Assembly (NCBI GenBank): GCA_964387645.1
Contig: CAYLYM010000006.1
Span: forward strand, 355 to 64,354
DNA: 64,000 nucleotides
Source: an uncultured Calditrichaceae bacterium
Lineage (GTDB): Bacteria > Calditrichota > Calditrichia > RBG-13-44-9
Direction of reading: 5' to 3'
The notes below the pieces were generated by a model, which searched no databases, was not told where the DNA came from, and worked only from the letters and a program-made list of their open reading frames with translations. Shown one piece after another: positions 19,456 to 30,285 of this stretch (positions are counted from its first letter, which is position 1; the number at the start of each line of letters is the position of its first letter). The position numbers were made by a program, and so were the translations under genes.

Positions 19456-20331
19456 ATGGATTGGTTTAAGAGAAAAAAGCGTATTTCTACTATTGAGAAG
19501 AAAACGCTTCCCGATGGATTATGGATAAAATGCGATCGTTGTGGTGAAATTATCTACCGGAGCCAGTTACTAAATCGTATGAATGTTTGTCCGAAATGTG
19601 ATTTCCATTTCCGTGTAACATCACAGGAATACATTAAATACTTATTTGATGAAAATAGTTTCGAAGAATTTAATCAGTACATTACTCCGGGTGATCCACT
19701 TAATTTTAAAGATACCAAAAAATATATTGATCGGCTAAAGGCTGCCCAGAAAAAGACTGGCTTGATGGATGCGGTCATTACTGGTTATGGAAAAATAGTC
19801 GGGCATGCAGTTGTTGGTGCTATAATGGATTTTACTTTTATTGGTGGTAGTATGGGCTCGGTGGTAGGTGAAAAAATTGCCAGAGCGATCGATCGGGCCC
19901 GGGAAGAAAGAAAACCTTTAATCATTGTTTCAGCTTCTGGTGGCGCCAGGATGATGGAAGCAGCTCTTTCGTTAATGCAGATGGCTAAAACCAGTGCTAA
20001 ACTTTCCCAATTATCAGATGCCGGCGTGCCCTTTATTAGCATTTTAACCGATCCGACAACAGGGGGAACAACAGCCAGTTTTGCCATGCTGGGTGATATT
20101 CATATTGCTGAACCCGGAGCATTGATCGGCTTTGCTGGTCAGCGTGTCATTAAACAAACCATTGGACAGGATTTACCTGAAGGCTTTCAAAGAGCCGAGT
20201 TCCTTCAGGAACATGGCTTTGTAGACATAATTGTTCATCGTATGGAAATGCGAAAAACAGTAGGCCGAATTCTTGACCTATTATGGCCAAAGGATGAGGA
20301 AACACAGGAGAAGTCAGCCGAAGCTCTTTAA
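19456..20331 (+). CDS. accD: Acetyl-CoA carboxylase carboxyltransferase beta subunit
   Basis: N-terminal C4 zinc ribbon CDRCGEIIY...CPKCDFH. Carboxyltransferase core GGSMGSVVGEK...SGGARMMEA. GAGGGG RBS before the ATG at 19456. Confidence 0.9.
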   Translation: MDWFKRKKRISTIEKKTLPDGLWIKCDRCGEIIYRSQLLNRMNVCPKCDFHFRVTSQEYIKYLFDENSFEEFNQYITPGDPLNFKDTKKYIDRLKAAQKKTGLMDAVITGYGKIVGHAVVGAIMDFTFIGGSMGSVVGEKIARAIDRAREERKPLIIVSASGGARMMEAALSLMQMAKTSAKLSQLSDAGVPFISILTDPTTGGTTASFAMLGDIHIAEPGALIGFAGQRVIKQTIGQDLPEGFQRAEFLQEHGFVDIIVHRMEMRKTVGRILDLLWPKDEETQEKSAEAL

Positions 20332-20415
20332 ATGGATTTTATGGAAATAGATTTTCGATAATTAATCTCCCTGATTTGAATCATTCCTTTTATTTTGAAA
20401 AAATAAAGGAAAGTG

Positions 20416-21189
20416 ATGCGCGATAAACCTTTGATATTAGTCAGTAATGATGATGGTATTTATTCTCCCGGAATTTTTGCTCTTTACAACGCCATGAAGC
20501 AAGTTGGTGAAGCATGGGTAGTGGCACCTGATTCCGAAAGAAGTGCCGTGGGACATGCTATTACTATCTCTGATCCTTTACGTGTGTGGGAGTATGAAAA
20601 GAATGGTGAATTTTTTGGCTATGCAGTGAATGGCACACCAGCAGATTGCGTGAAAATTGGTGTAAAGGCCATTATTAATGAAAAACCTGATCTGGTGGTA
20701 TCTGGTATTAATCAAGGACCGAATACTGCCATTAATGTGATGTATTCTGGTACGGTTTCGGCAGCGACCGAAGGTACTTTAATGGGAATTCCCTCCATAG
20801 CTTTTTCGTTGACTTCTTTTAAGAGTAAAGATTTTAATTTTGCTGCTGAGTTTGCTATTTATCTAGCCCAAAAAGTTCTTGAAAAGGGATTGCCTAATGG
20901 TACATTGCTTAATGTGAATATCCCACCATTGCCGAAGGAGGAGATTAAAGGAGTAAAAATTACCCGCCAGGGGAGGGCAAGGTATGAAGAGTATTTTGAG
21001 AAAAGAGTAGATCCAATGAATCGTAGTTACTACTGGTTAACTGGGAAAAAATTGCTGTTAGATAGCGCTCCTGATATAGATGATGTGGCAGTGATGGACA
21101 ATTTCATTGCCATCACTCCCATTCAGTTTGATCTTACCGATTATAAAGCTATTGAAGATTTGAAAAACTGGGAGTTAGGATTACCTTGA
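20416..21189 (+). CDS. surE: 5'/3'-nucleotidase SurE
   Basis: [15 protein letters not shown]...[16 protein letters not shown]. Confidence 0.9.
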   Translation: MRDKPLILVSNDDGIYSPGIFALYNAMKQVGEAWVVAPDSERSAVGHAITISDPLRVWEYEKNGEFFGYAVNGTPADCVKIGVKAIINEKPDLVVSGINQGPNTAINVMYSGTVSAATEGTLMGIPSIAFSLTSFKSKDFNFAAEFAIYLAQKVLEKGLPNGTLLNVNIPPLPKEEIKGVKITRQGRARYEEYFEKRVDPMNRSYYWLTGKKLLLDSAPDIDDVAVMDNFIAITPIQFDLTDYKAIEDLKNWELGLP

Positions 21190-22724
21190 TGGAAAAACTA
21201 CTTATACTTGATTTCGGTTCACAATATACCCAACTGATTGCCCGCAAGGTGCGGGAGCTTTCTGTTTATTCTGAAATACAGCCATTTAATTATCCTCTAG
21301 AGAAAATTAAAAATGATCATTTAATCAAAGCGATTATTCTATCAGGCGGGCCTGCATCGGTTTATGCAAAAAATGCTCCGCGACCAGATGTAGCAATATT
21401 CGATCTTGGTCTGCCGGTTTTGGGGATATGTTATGGCTTACAGCTAATAGCTTATCTTTTAGGTGGTGAAGTTAATAAAGCAGCATGCCGGGAGTATGGC
21501 CGTGCTGATCTGTTTTTTGATCCAGATGAGCCTTTTTTCGCTGGAATATCATCACCTACGCAAGTCTGGATGAGCCATGGAGATCACCTGACTGTTTTGC
21601 CTGAAGGCTTTGAAATTATTGGCAAGACGGACAACTCGCCCATTGCTGCCGTTGCCCACCGGGAGCGAAAAATTTATGGATTGCAATTCCATCCCGAAGT
21701 TTACCATACTACACATGGAAGAAAAATTCTGTCAAATTTTTTATTTAAAATATGTGGTTTTAAAGGTGATTGGTCCACAGAGTCTTTTATCGAGTCTTCC
21801 ATAAAAAAAATTCGGGAAATGGTTGGTTCTGAGCAGGTGCTCTTAGGTTTAAGTGGAGGGGTCGATTCCAGTGTTGCGGCGGTACTCATCCATAAAGCCA
21901 TTGGCGATCAACTGACCTGCATGTTTATTGATACCGGATTGCTACGTGCCGATGAAGCAGAAGAAGTTGATCGGGTATTCAGGCAAAATTTTCATATAAA
22001 TTTGATTTCAATCACTGCTGCAGATGTTTTTCTATCTAAATTAAAAGGCGTTGTTGATCCGGAAGAGAAGCGAAAGATCATTGGCAAAACTTTTGTTGAG
22101 ATCTTTGAAAAAGAAGCCCGCAAAATTGGTAAATTTAAATATCTGGCTCAGGGAACGCTTTATCCCGATGTAATCGAGAGCGTTAATTTTAAAGGACCGT
22201 CAGCAACGATTAAATCTCATCATAATGTTGGCGGTTTGCCAGAAAAAATGAATTTTAAACTACTTGAGCCTTTGCGGGAGTTATTTAAAGACGAAGTCCG
22301 TGCGGTAGGACGTAAGTTGAACATTCCCGAAGAGATTATCGGACGACATCCTTTTCCCGGACCTGGGTTGGCTGTGCGGATTCTCGGGGAAATAACCAAG
22401 GAACGTTTGAAAGTTCTTCGACAAGCAGATGCGATTTACATTGAAGAGCTGAAAAGGGCAGGTTTATATGATGAAATCTGGCAGGCGTTTGCAGTTTTAT
22501 TGCCAGTCCAATCTGTAGGTGTGATGGGAGACGAAAGAACTTATGAAAATGTTTTAGCGCTTCGGGCTGTAACCAGCACGGATGGAATGACGGCGGACTG
22601 GTATGAAATCCCCAGTCCAATTTTAGCCAGAATTTCTAATCGGATCATCAATGAAGTTAAAGGAATTAACCGGGTTGTTTATGATATAAGTTCTAAACCA
22701 CCTGCAACTATTGAATGGGAGTAA
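21189..22724 (+). CDS. guaA: GMP synthase (glutamine-hydrolysing)
   Basis: GATase domain [19 protein letters not shown] and catalytic GICYG. ATP-PPase SGGVDSSV. Start overlaps the surE stop (TGATG). Confidence 0.95.
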   Translation: MEKLLILDFGSQYTQLIARKVRELSVYSEIQPFNYPLEKIKNDHLIKAIILSGGPASVYAKNAPRPDVAIFDLGLPVLGICYGLQLIAYLLGGEVNKAACREYGRADLFFDPDEPFFAGISSPTQVWMSHGDHLTVLPEGFEIIGKTDNSPIAAVAHRERKIYGLQFHPEVYHTTHGRKILSNFLFKICGFKGDWSTESFIESSIKKIREMVGSEQVLLGLSGGVDSSVAAVLIHKAIGDQLTCMFIDTGLLRADEAEEVDRVFRQNFHINLISITAADVFLSKLKGVVDPEEKRKIIGKTFVEIFEKEARKIGKFKYLAQGTLYPDVIESVNFKGPSATIKSHHNVGGLPEKMNFKLLEPLRELFKDEVRAVGRKLNIPEEIIGRHPFPGPGLAVRILGEITKERLKVLRQADAIYIEELKRAGLYDEIWQAFAVLLPVQSVGVMGDERTYENVLALRAVTSTDGMTADWYEIPSPILARISNRIINEVKGINRVVYDISSKPPATIEWE

Positions 22725-22737
22725 AGAGGAGACTGAT

Positions 22738-24570
22738 ATGTGTGGCATAGTTGGATATATTGGAAAAAAGCCAGCTACTCCTATTTTGATTAATGGATTA
22801 AAACGCCTGGAATATCGTGGATATGATTCAGCTGGTATTGCCATCATGGAAAACGGTAAGATTAATATCACCAAACAAGTAGGTAAAATAGCTGCCCTGG
22901 AAAGTATTTTAAACGGTTCAATCTCTGTTGGGCAAATGGGCATTGCCCACACTCGTTGGGCAACACATGGTGAGCCAACTCAGCTGAATGCTCATCCACA
23001 TACAGATTGTACTCAAAACATTGTGCTGGTTCACAATGGCATTATTGAAAATTGTAATTCCCTTCGAAAAATGCTTCAAGATAAAGGCCACACATTCAGA
23101 ACCGAAACAGATACTGAAGTTATAGCTCATTTAATCGAGGAACTATTTCGCAATGGTACTTCTTTCGAAGAAGCGTTTAGAGCTGCACTAAACCAAATTG
23201 ACGGCACTTATGGTCTTGCCCTTATCACCCAACATGAACCTGATAAATTATATTGTGCTCGAAAGGGGAGCCCTTTAGTTGTAGGTATCGGAGATAATGA
23301 ATATTTTGTTGGCTCGGATGCTTCTGCAATTATTACTCATACCAGAAATGTTTTTTATTTGGAAGATGGGGAAATTGCGATTATAAGCCGAGACGGTTTT
23401 GTGACAAAAACCATTTCAAACGAATTAATTCATAAGAAGATAGAAAAAATCAGTTTTGATTTAGAGCGCATCGAGAAGGCCGGTTATTCACATTTCATGT
23501 TGAAAGAAATATATGAGCAACCCAATACTGTTGCCGATGCTATGCGCGGTCGCCTTATCGAAGAAGAAGGTGTTGCTAAGCTGGGTGGATTAACTCCCAT
23601 ACTTCATAATGTGTTACGCGCAAGGAAGATTTTTATTACTGCCTGCGGAACCAGTTATCATGCCGGACTCATCGGGGAATATATGCTGGAAGAATATTGC
23701 CGGGTTCCCGTGGAAGTGGAATATGCTTCGGAGTTTCGTTATCGCGATCCCATTATTCAGGATGATAATTTAGTAATTGTCATCAGCCAATCCGGCGAAA
23801 CGGCTGATACTCTGGCAGCCTTAAGGGAAGCCAAAAGAAAGGGTGCGACGGTAATGGGGTTGGTAAATGTAGTCGGTTCTACCATTGCCCGCGAAACCCA
23901 TGGTGGAACTTATTTACATGCTGGTCCGGAAATTGGTGTGGCATCTACTAAAGCGTTCACATCGCAAGTTACCGCTTTGGCTTTGCTCACGATAATGATC
24001 GCCAGAACCAAAACCATGTCTGCCGAAGAGGGGCGTAAAATCGTTAAAGAGATGAAGACTTTGCCTGAAAAAGTAGAAGCAGCGCTCAAGACCGATGCTA
24101 TTGTAAAAGAGATCGCTGCTGAATTTAAAGATAAACGGAATTTTCTCTATCTTGGACGTGGTTATAACTATCCTGTAGCTTTGGAGGGTGCATTAAAACT
24201 CAAGGAAATTTCTTACATCCATGCCGAAGGCTACCCGGCAGCAGAAATGAAGCATGGCCCCATTGCTTTAATTGATGAAGATATGCCAGTGGTGGTGATT
24301 GCCACGCAAGACAGCACCTACGAGAAAATTGCCAGTAACATCGAGGAAGTTAAAGCACGGCGAGGCCGGGTGATCGCGGTTGTCTCAGAAGGTGATACTA
24401 AATTAGACAGGCTGGTAGATTATACCATCCCAATTCCCAATACTTTGAATTTACTACAGCCAATTGTCTCAATTATTCCACTGCAGCTATTAGCTTATCA
24501 TATTGCTGTGATGCGCGGATGTGATGTAGATCAACCACGGAACTTGGCCAAGAGTGTTACCGTTGAGTAG
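22738..24570 (+). CDS. glmS: Glutamine--fructose-6-phosphate aminotransferase
   Basis: MCGIVGY N-terminal nucleophile followed by two SIS domains. AAAGAGGAG RBS. Ends with TAG. Confidence 0.95.
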   Translation: MCGIVGYIGKKPATPILINGLKRLEYRGYDSAGIAIMENGKINITKQVGKIAALESILNGSISVGQMGIAHTRWATHGEPTQLNAHPHTDCTQNIVLVHNGIIENCNSLRKMLQDKGHTFRTETDTEVIAHLIEELFRNGTSFEEAFRAALNQIDGTYGLALITQHEPDKLYCARKGSPLVVGIGDNEYFVGSDASAIITHTRNVFYLEDGEIAIISRDGFVTKTISNELIHKKIEKISFDLERIEKAGYSHFMLKEIYEQPNTVADAMRGRLIEEEGVAKLGGLTPILHNVLRARKIFITACGTSYHAGLIGEYMLEEYCRVPVEVEYASEFRYRDPIIQDDNLVIVISQSGETADTLAALREAKRKGATVMGLVNVVGSTIARETHGGTYLHAGPEIGVASTKAFTSQVTALALLTIMIARTKTMSAEEGRKIVKEMKTLPEKVEAALKTDAIVKEIAAEFKDKRNFLYLGRGYNYPVALEGALKLKEISYIHAEGYPAAEMKHGPIALIDEDMPVVVIATQDSTYEKIASNIEEVKARRGRVIAVVSEGDTKLDRLVDYTIPIPNTLNLLQPIVSIIPLQLLAYHIAVMRGCDVDQPRNLAKSVTVE

Positions 24571-24597
24571 GAAAGAATAAAATACTGCAACAAAATG

Positions 24598-24622
24598 CTC
24601 CGGTCAAACCGGGGTTTTTCAT
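24598..24622 (+). terminator. Rho-independent terminator after glmS (7 bp stem CTCCGGT/ACCGGGG incl. one GU pair, loop CAA, T5)
   Basis: Read directly. Confidence 0.55.
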
Positions 24623-24820
24623 TTTATGAAATTGCTTTAAAATTTGAAGAATTAATAAAAGACACTCCATCTAATTTTTATGAGTTCGCGAAAAACTTCT
24701 TATTAAGAATAAAGTAATAGAACTTTTTTGCTTTTAAACTAAGCACGTTTTTGAAAATACAAAATTTTCTTGCTCCTTACAATGATAGCCATTAAATTTT
24801 GCTGCATTTTATAATAGATT

Positions 24821-24906
24821 GCCGGGGTGGTGGAATTGGCAGACGCGCTAGGTTCAGGACCTAGTGGGCTTGATCGCCCGTGCGGGTTCGAGTCCCGCCC
24901 TCGGCA
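24821..24906 (+). tRNA. tRNA-Leu, anticodon CAG, long variable arm
   Basis: Acceptor stem GCCGGGG/CCTCGGC. Anticodon loop TTCAGGA. T-arm GCGGGTTCGAGTCCCGC. Near-identical in layout to E. coli tRNA-Leu(CAG). CCA not encoded. Confidence 0.9.
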
Positions 24907-24913
24907 CCCCAAA

Positions 24914-24942
24914 GGCCCTGGTTTTCTTTCAGGGCTTTTTTA
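24914..24942 (+). terminator. Rho-independent terminator after the tRNA (GCCCTG/CAGGGC stem followed by T6)
   Basis: Read directly. Confidence 0.6.
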
Positions 24943-25183
24943 TTTTTAGTAGATGAGATCTCCTGGCAATTTTAAAATACGATATATAAAGTATTTCCTA
25001 AATTGATGAGAACTTACTATAAAATAGACTTATTTTAAGAAGCATAGTTCGATGGGATCTATTTAAAAAAAAGCAGTTTTAAAGAATTCAGTCTGGGTTT
25101 GGTCGAAGTCTGACCTCTCTATTTATGCATTTATATCGAAACTACGTTAATTTAAAATTTTAAAAGCGGTATTGAATAAGATC

Positions 25184-26505
25184 ATGAGTTTAACATATAA
25201 AAAAATATTTACATTCTGGGTTCCATTGGCTGCTACTTGGTTGATGATGTAGATAGAAGGACCTTTTTTCTGGCGGCAATTATAGCCCATCTGGCGGAGC
25301 CAAAGTACAACCTTGCAGCTTATGGTGTAGCTTTTTCCTTTGCACTGATCATCGATGCCCCTATCATTATGATTATGAGTGCTGCCACTGCTTTAGTAAA
25401 GGATCGAAAAAGTTTCTTAAAGCTCCGAAATTTTACCTATTTTCTTAATGGTCTGTTAACATTAAGCATGATTGCTTGTATTATTCCCACCATATTTTTT
25501 GGATCACTCAAAACCTGATTCATTTGCCACGGTTAGTTGCGGTGTTGACCCATAGGGCAATGATCATCTTGTTGCCCTGGCCAGATGCAATTGGTTATCG
25601 ACGTTTTTATCAGGGAATTCTTATACGAAGTAATTTAACACGCAGAGTGGCCTATGGAACGCTGGTACGCCTGTTTAGTATGAGCATGACGGCTTTACTT
25701 TTATATTTGATTTTTGATTTTCCTGGCGCTGTGGTTGGAGCATCGGCATTGTCGGTGGGTGTAACCCTGGAAGCTATAGTTAGCCGTTTAATGGCAAAAA
25801 AGGCAGTAAGGATGTTTATATCCATAGATAAAGGAGAACAAAAAACGACAAGAAAGGATCTTTCCTATATTAGTATTGCCCGTTTTTATAATCCACTGGC
25901 GCTGACATCAATACTCAGCCTGGGTGTCCATACCATTGTTACCTTTTTTGTTGGGCGAAGTAAATTAGCTCTGGAGTCTTTGGCCATGTTACCGGTGATC
26001 AATTCATTAGTGTTTATTTTTCGTGGTATCGGGCTTCATATCAGGAGGTCGGTATTGCTCTGTTGGGAGAAAAAGATGAAGGCTATGTACCGCTTCGAAA
26101 TTTTGCAGTATTATTACTGGCCACTGGATTAGTTGTAGGACTCTCATTGTTGGTATTCACTTCCCTGTCGCAGTGGTGGTTTCAGACAGTTTCTGGATTA
26201 TCGCAGGAATTAGGGCAATTGGCTATGTTTCCCGCTCAGATTATAGTCTTTATGCCTAGACTAACTGTTCATTTTTCCTTTGAAAAGTCAGTTCTGGTTG
26301 CCCATCGTTATACTACACCAATTTTACCACTGGAACCTTAATTGAGTTTGGAGGGATTCTTTTTGTGCTTATGTTTACCATACACTATTTTAACTTTGTT
26401 GGAGCCGTAGCGGTATGTTTAGCGTATGTATTGGGAAGATTAGCTTCCAACGGATATTTCTTTATTCCCCTTTTTAAAATTTTACGAGTGAGAAATAAAG
26501 ATTAG
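25184..26505 (+). pseudogene. Multiply frameshifted MOP/MATE-superfamily polysaccharide/lipid flippase gene
   Basis: One continuous polytopic membrane protein is spread over all three forward frames. The ATG at 25184 gives MSLTYKKIFTFWVPLAATWLMM then a TAG (frame 25184). A second segment, ORF 25237..25518, is in another frame. It then continues in the 25476, 26063 and 26341+ frames and ends at the TAG at 26503-26505. At least three frame changes. Confidence 0.6.
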
Positions 26506-26708
26506 GGTCATTCGTTTTAGTCGAATACCTGATTGATCCATCTAAAATAAATTGGGCAAGATTATTTCTGGCTTTAAGTTATTTCTCCCTAGCGGTATTT
26601 TTCTTTTAATTTGACCAGATACTTGGTATTTGCTGGAAATGTTCCTTTCTGCCTTCGGTTAATCCGGTTGACATAAACCAGCTCTTTGATTGATCCGGAT
26701 ATGAAAAA

Positions 26709-27026
26709 TTAGTCAAAATCTTTAAGTTGACTTGTATACATTTCAATTTCTTCGACATGTGCGTAATCCTTAAGCAGGCTGCGAACCACTCCGAGGAGAA
26801 TGAATCCTGATACAGATGGAGTAAATATTTTATTCTGTTTCACACCAAAGATGTTCGCCGTAGCTGTTTCTAAAAGGTTCTGTTTCGGGTTGATGAATAA
26901 AACTTCATCATATCCTTTTCTCCGGGCTATGCTCTGACGATATAAGTAATCTCCGTAATTAATGGCTTTGTGGGAGTCAAGTGCTGACGAAGGGGAGTGA
27001 GGGATCTCAAGCATTATAAAAAACAT
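26709..27026 (-). pseudogene. C-terminal remnant (about last 100 aa) of a class-IV aminotransferase (PabC/IlvE/D-amino-acid aminotransferase family)
   Basis: LDSHKAINYGDYLYRQSIARRKGYDEVLFINPKQNLLETATANIF...TPSVSGFILLGVVRS matches the C-terminal half of fold-type IV enzymes. The N-terminal ~170 aa is absent, with an in-frame TAA two codons upstream of the first Met. Confidence 0.55.
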
Positions 27027-27112
27027 CTGTTAAAGAGATCGATAGGCGTAGCCATAATGATTGAAGAAATCTACTTGAAATGATGGGGTGGTTTATTGTG
27101 CCTCTTTTAATC

Positions 27113-27550
27113 CTATAGAAAATTTTGTATAGTTTCTAAAAGATGGATAAAAAAATTTGACCGTTGAAATAACTGTTTTATTCCACAAACCTCTGCGAAG
27201 ATTTTTTTCTTTATCTGAACATGTTGGTAATAACCAATCAATTTTTTTGATATCTCCGGATTTTGTGTGCAAAATTCTTTTAAAAAGTTAAAATCAAAAT
27301 TTTGACTATCAATGTCAATGATGATATACCGACTGGTATCTTTTTTCCAGAAATCGAAGATTGCTTTCAGACCTCCGAGAATCTCAATCCGGTATTTTTT
27401 CCCCAATGTTTCTGTGAGACGAATTTGATCCAACATATTTTCGGTGTAAATGCCGATTGACTTTTTAGGTGAAGTCATCATTTGCCTCATCTCATTTTGA
27501 GTTCTTAATGATAATAATTCAATAACAAGATTTCCAGTTGAAAAAAACAA
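27113..27550 (-). CDS. Hypothetical protein with degenerate receiver-like (REC-like) fold
   Basis: YIIIDIDSQNF resembles the receiver phospho-acceptor region, but the acidic pair at the N-terminus is replaced (TEN). Confidence 0.35.
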   Translation of the reverse strand: MFFSTGNLVIELLSLRTQNEMRQMMTSPKKSIGIYTENMLDQIRLTETLGKKYRIEILGGLKAIFDFWKKDTSRYIIIDIDSQNFDFNFLKEFCTQNPEISKKLIGYYQHVQIKKKIFAEVCGIKQLFQRSNFFIHLLETIQNFL

Positions 27551-27639
27551 TGATGAAAATGGTCTCAGTTTGTTTTATTTTTATGATGTAAGATATATTT
27601 AAAAAAAGAAATGTTTAGAAATTTTTTGAGAAAAAAAAT

Positions 27640-28122
27640 ATGAAGAATAATACTAAGAAGCCTCTGGTTTATTTAGCCGGTGCTATTGAAAATGCTCCCG
27701 GGAATGGCAAAGAATGGCGGGAGAGGATTACACAGTTCCTGGTGAATGAGTTAAACCATGATGTATTTAATCCTTGTTTGGAAGAAAACCACGTGCTCAC
27801 ACCTGATGAGTTCCGTAATTTCAGGCAGTGGAAGAGCTCGGATCTGGTACGATTTCGAAAAGTAGTGCACAAAATCATAGAAAACGATTTAAGCATGTTG
27901 ATTAACAGGGTGGATTATATCATTTGTTTATGGGATGAGTATGTTCTGCATGGAGGAGGGACACATGGTGAACTTACTATGGCCTTCTGGCACAACATTC
28001 CTGTCTATATGGTAACGAAAATTCCTGTGCAAAAAATGAGCAGTTGGATTATCGGTTGCACGACCAGAATTTTTGATAACTTTGAAGAATTAAAGGTATT
28101 TTTACGAAAAAAATATAAATGA
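27640..28122 (+). CDS. Nucleoside 2-deoxyribosyltransferase-like (NDT/LOG-superfamily) small protein
   Basis: N-terminal LVYLAGAIE (cf. NDT IYFGAGWF). C-terminal HGGGTHGELTMAF aligns with the NDT catalytic-Glu motif GLGMELGYAL. 160 aa. Confidence 0.5.
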   Translation: MKNNTKKPLVYLAGAIENAPGNGKEWRERITQFLVNELNHDVFNPCLEENHVLTPDEFRNFRQWKSSDLVRFRKVVHKIIENDLSMLINRVDYIICLWDEYVLHGGGTHGELTMAFWHNIPVYMVTKIPVQKMSSWIIGCTTRIFDNFEELKVFLRKKYK

Positions 28123-28163
28123 CCTTTGGAAAGCGGCCTTTTTTCTAATTAAGGAAAGTTGCT

Positions 28164-28799
28164 ATGGAATATGTTTATCTGCATGGGTTTCTTTCTGGTC
28201 CTACTTCGCACAAGGGGAGTTTTTTCCGAAAATGTTTTGCTGAATTTGGTTTACAACTGCATTGTCCGGATCTTAATGAGGGTGATTTTGAACATTTAAC
28301 CATTACACGTCAGTTAAAGTTGATTGAGCAATTGGTAAGTAAATTGGGCAATAAAATTACTTTGTTAGGTTCTAGTTTGGGTGGATATCTGGCTACTTTG
28401 GCGGCGGAGCGGCATAAAGAAATCAGACGATTGGTTTTATTTGCTCCGGCTTTCGATTTTATCAATCGATATGCCGATCTTTTGAGTCCTCAGCAATTGC
28501 ATCGATGGAAAGAAGAAAAATATATTGAATTAAATCATTATAATTATCGTAAAAAACGAAAATTACATTTCAAAATCGTTGAAGATGCTAGGCAATATCG
28601 GGAAGTTCAGTTGCAAAGACAATTACCAGCGCAAATTTTTCATGGAATCAAAGATAGCGTCGTACCTTTTCAATTGAGTGTAGATTATTTACAATCACAC
28701 CCGATGGCAGATCTGATTCTTTTAAATTCCGATCACGATTTATTGGATAAATTAGACGTAATTTGGGATTATATGAAGATATTTCTTGAGTTGAAATAG
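28164..28799 (+). CDS. YqiA-like alpha/beta-hydrolase esterase
   Basis: YLHGFLSGPTS N-terminus, nucleophile elbow GSSLGG, about 210 aa. Confidence 0.7.
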   Translation: MEYVYLHGFLSGPTSHKGSFFRKCFAEFGLQLHCPDLNEGDFEHLTITRQLKLIEQLVSKLGNKITLLGSSLGGYLATLAAERHKEIRRLVLFAPAFDFINRYADLLSPQQLHRWKEEKYIELNHYNYRKKRKLHFKIVEDARQYREVQLQRQLPAQIFHGIKDSVVPFQLSVDYLQSHPMADLILLNSDHDLLDKLDVIWDYMKIFLELK

Positions 28800-28839
28800 T
28801 ACATTAGAATAGCCGATACCCCGATAATGGTTCGAATTT

Positions 28840-29043
28840 TTACAATAATCGAATATTCACCGCTCGATCGCCTTTTATCTCACGTTTTAAATCAAAACCA
28901 ACCCGGTCACCTTCTCGGAAAGTTGCATTGCGGAACTTGGGGTGAACGTCTCTTAAATTAAAATATACTTCGTCTTCATCTTCCATTATGATAAAACCAT
29001 ATCCTTTTAAAGGATCTAACATCTTGATAATACCTGTTTGCAT
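28840..29043 (-). CDS. Cold-shock protein (CspA family, S1-like OB fold)
   Basis: GIIKMLDPLKGYGFI... RNP1-like GYGFI motif, 67 aa. Confidence 0.85.
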   Translation of the reverse strand: MQTGIIKMLDPLKGYGFIIMEDEDEVYFNLRDVHPKFRNATFREGDRVGFDLKREIKGDRAVNIRLL

Positions 29044-29250
29044 TTTTCAACCCTCTTATTTTGGAAAAAATGTTACATCATATCGTTGGTCGATGCAAGG
29101 ACAAAATCCAATTTTGTTTACGGGAAGCAACAGAGAAGGGATGATTATGGAATTATTTTCATAAACAGATGGCTATGAGAAGAAAACTCTCTTATTATTG
29201 CATAATTGGTAGAGATCAGGTATATTTTAAATTATTAATAGAAAAAAAAT

Positions 29251-30180
29251 ATGTTTTTCAGGAGAAAAAATCGAATTAAGATCGTTTATCGAAGCGAATA
29301 TTTTTCTGGTCTTCATTCCAGGGATTCTCGCCAATCCTTCGATGTGATGAAGTTTAAAAAAGTGCGGGATCAATTAATTAAAGACCGATTGATAAAACAC
29401 AAAGATATCTTGAAAGCTCCCAGAATAAATGATGAAGATCTTCTGTTAGTTCATACCAGGGACTATCTGGCTAGTTTAAAAAGTCCTTTATTGGTGGGCG
29501 AAATCTTGAACCTGGATTATGTGAATCCCTGGGATGAATATATTTTTGAATATTTTCGTTATGTGGCTGGTGGAACTTTACTGGCTACAAAGTACGCCTT
29601 GGAAAATAACATAACGGTTTTTAATCTGGGAGGTGGATTCCATCATGCCCATCCTGACCATGCTGAAGGATTTTGTCTAATAAACGATGTGGCTATTGCT
29701 GTCCGTAAAATTCAGAAAGAATGTGGGGTTCAAAAAGTTCTTTTGGTAGACCTCGATTACCATCAGGGAAATGGCAACTTACTCTATTTTCGGAAAAATG
29801 AGAATGTCTTTACTTTTTCGATGCATGCGGATAATTGGGTTGAAATAACGAATAAAAAGAATAATGTGGACATCGAATTGCCGAATGGTATTGGAGATGA
29901 ACTTTATCTCAAAATATTAAAAGACGAACTGGTCAGGGTTTACACAGTTTTCCATCCACAGATAGTAATTTACATTGCCGGAAGTGACCCCTTTATTATG
30001 GATAGTCTATGTGATTTCAAAATTTCTGAAGAGGGCATGCTGGAGCGAGATAAATTTGTTTATCGGCAAACCCGTGAACGTCAAATTCCGTTGGTAGTTC
30101 TGGGTGCTGGTGGCTATGGCCCTGAAAGTTGGAAAATTTATTATAATTTTATTCAATGGGTACTAAAAGGAGCAAAATAG
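29251..30180 (+). CDS. Histone deacetylase-family (arginase/deacetylase fold) zinc amidohydrolase
   Basis: GGGFHHAHPDHAEGFCLINDVAIA and LVDLDYHQGNGN metal/substrate motifs. Confidence 0.8.
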   Translation: MFFRRKNRIKIVYRSEYFSGLHSRDSRQSFDVMKFKKVRDQLIKDRLIKHKDILKAPRINDEDLLLVHTRDYLASLKSPLLVGEILNLDYVNPWDEYIFEYFRYVAGGTLLATKYALENNITVFNLGGGFHHAHPDHAEGFCLINDVAIAVRKIQKECGVQKVLLVDLDYHQGNGNLLYFRKNENVFTFSMHADNWVEITNKKNNVDIELPNGIGDELYLKILKDELVRVYTVFHPQIVIYIAGSDPFIMDSLCDFKISEEGMLERDKFVYRQTRERQIPLVVLGAGGYGPESWKIYYNFIQWVLKGAK

Positions 30181-30285
30181 ATTATTAGTGTTATTTTTTT
30201 AAGGAGGGCTGCAAAAAATAGTTTTATTTTAATTTGTTAATCAAAGAAAATTTAAACCCTAAATTCAGAAAAAGGGTTTGTTTTA

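Noticed and set aside
24907-29200. Integrated mobile element at tRNA-Leu (integrase, attR)
   Set aside because: No integrase or recombinase or excisionase ORF and no evident repeat of the tRNA 3' end downstream. Only decayed genes, so not called as a mobile element.
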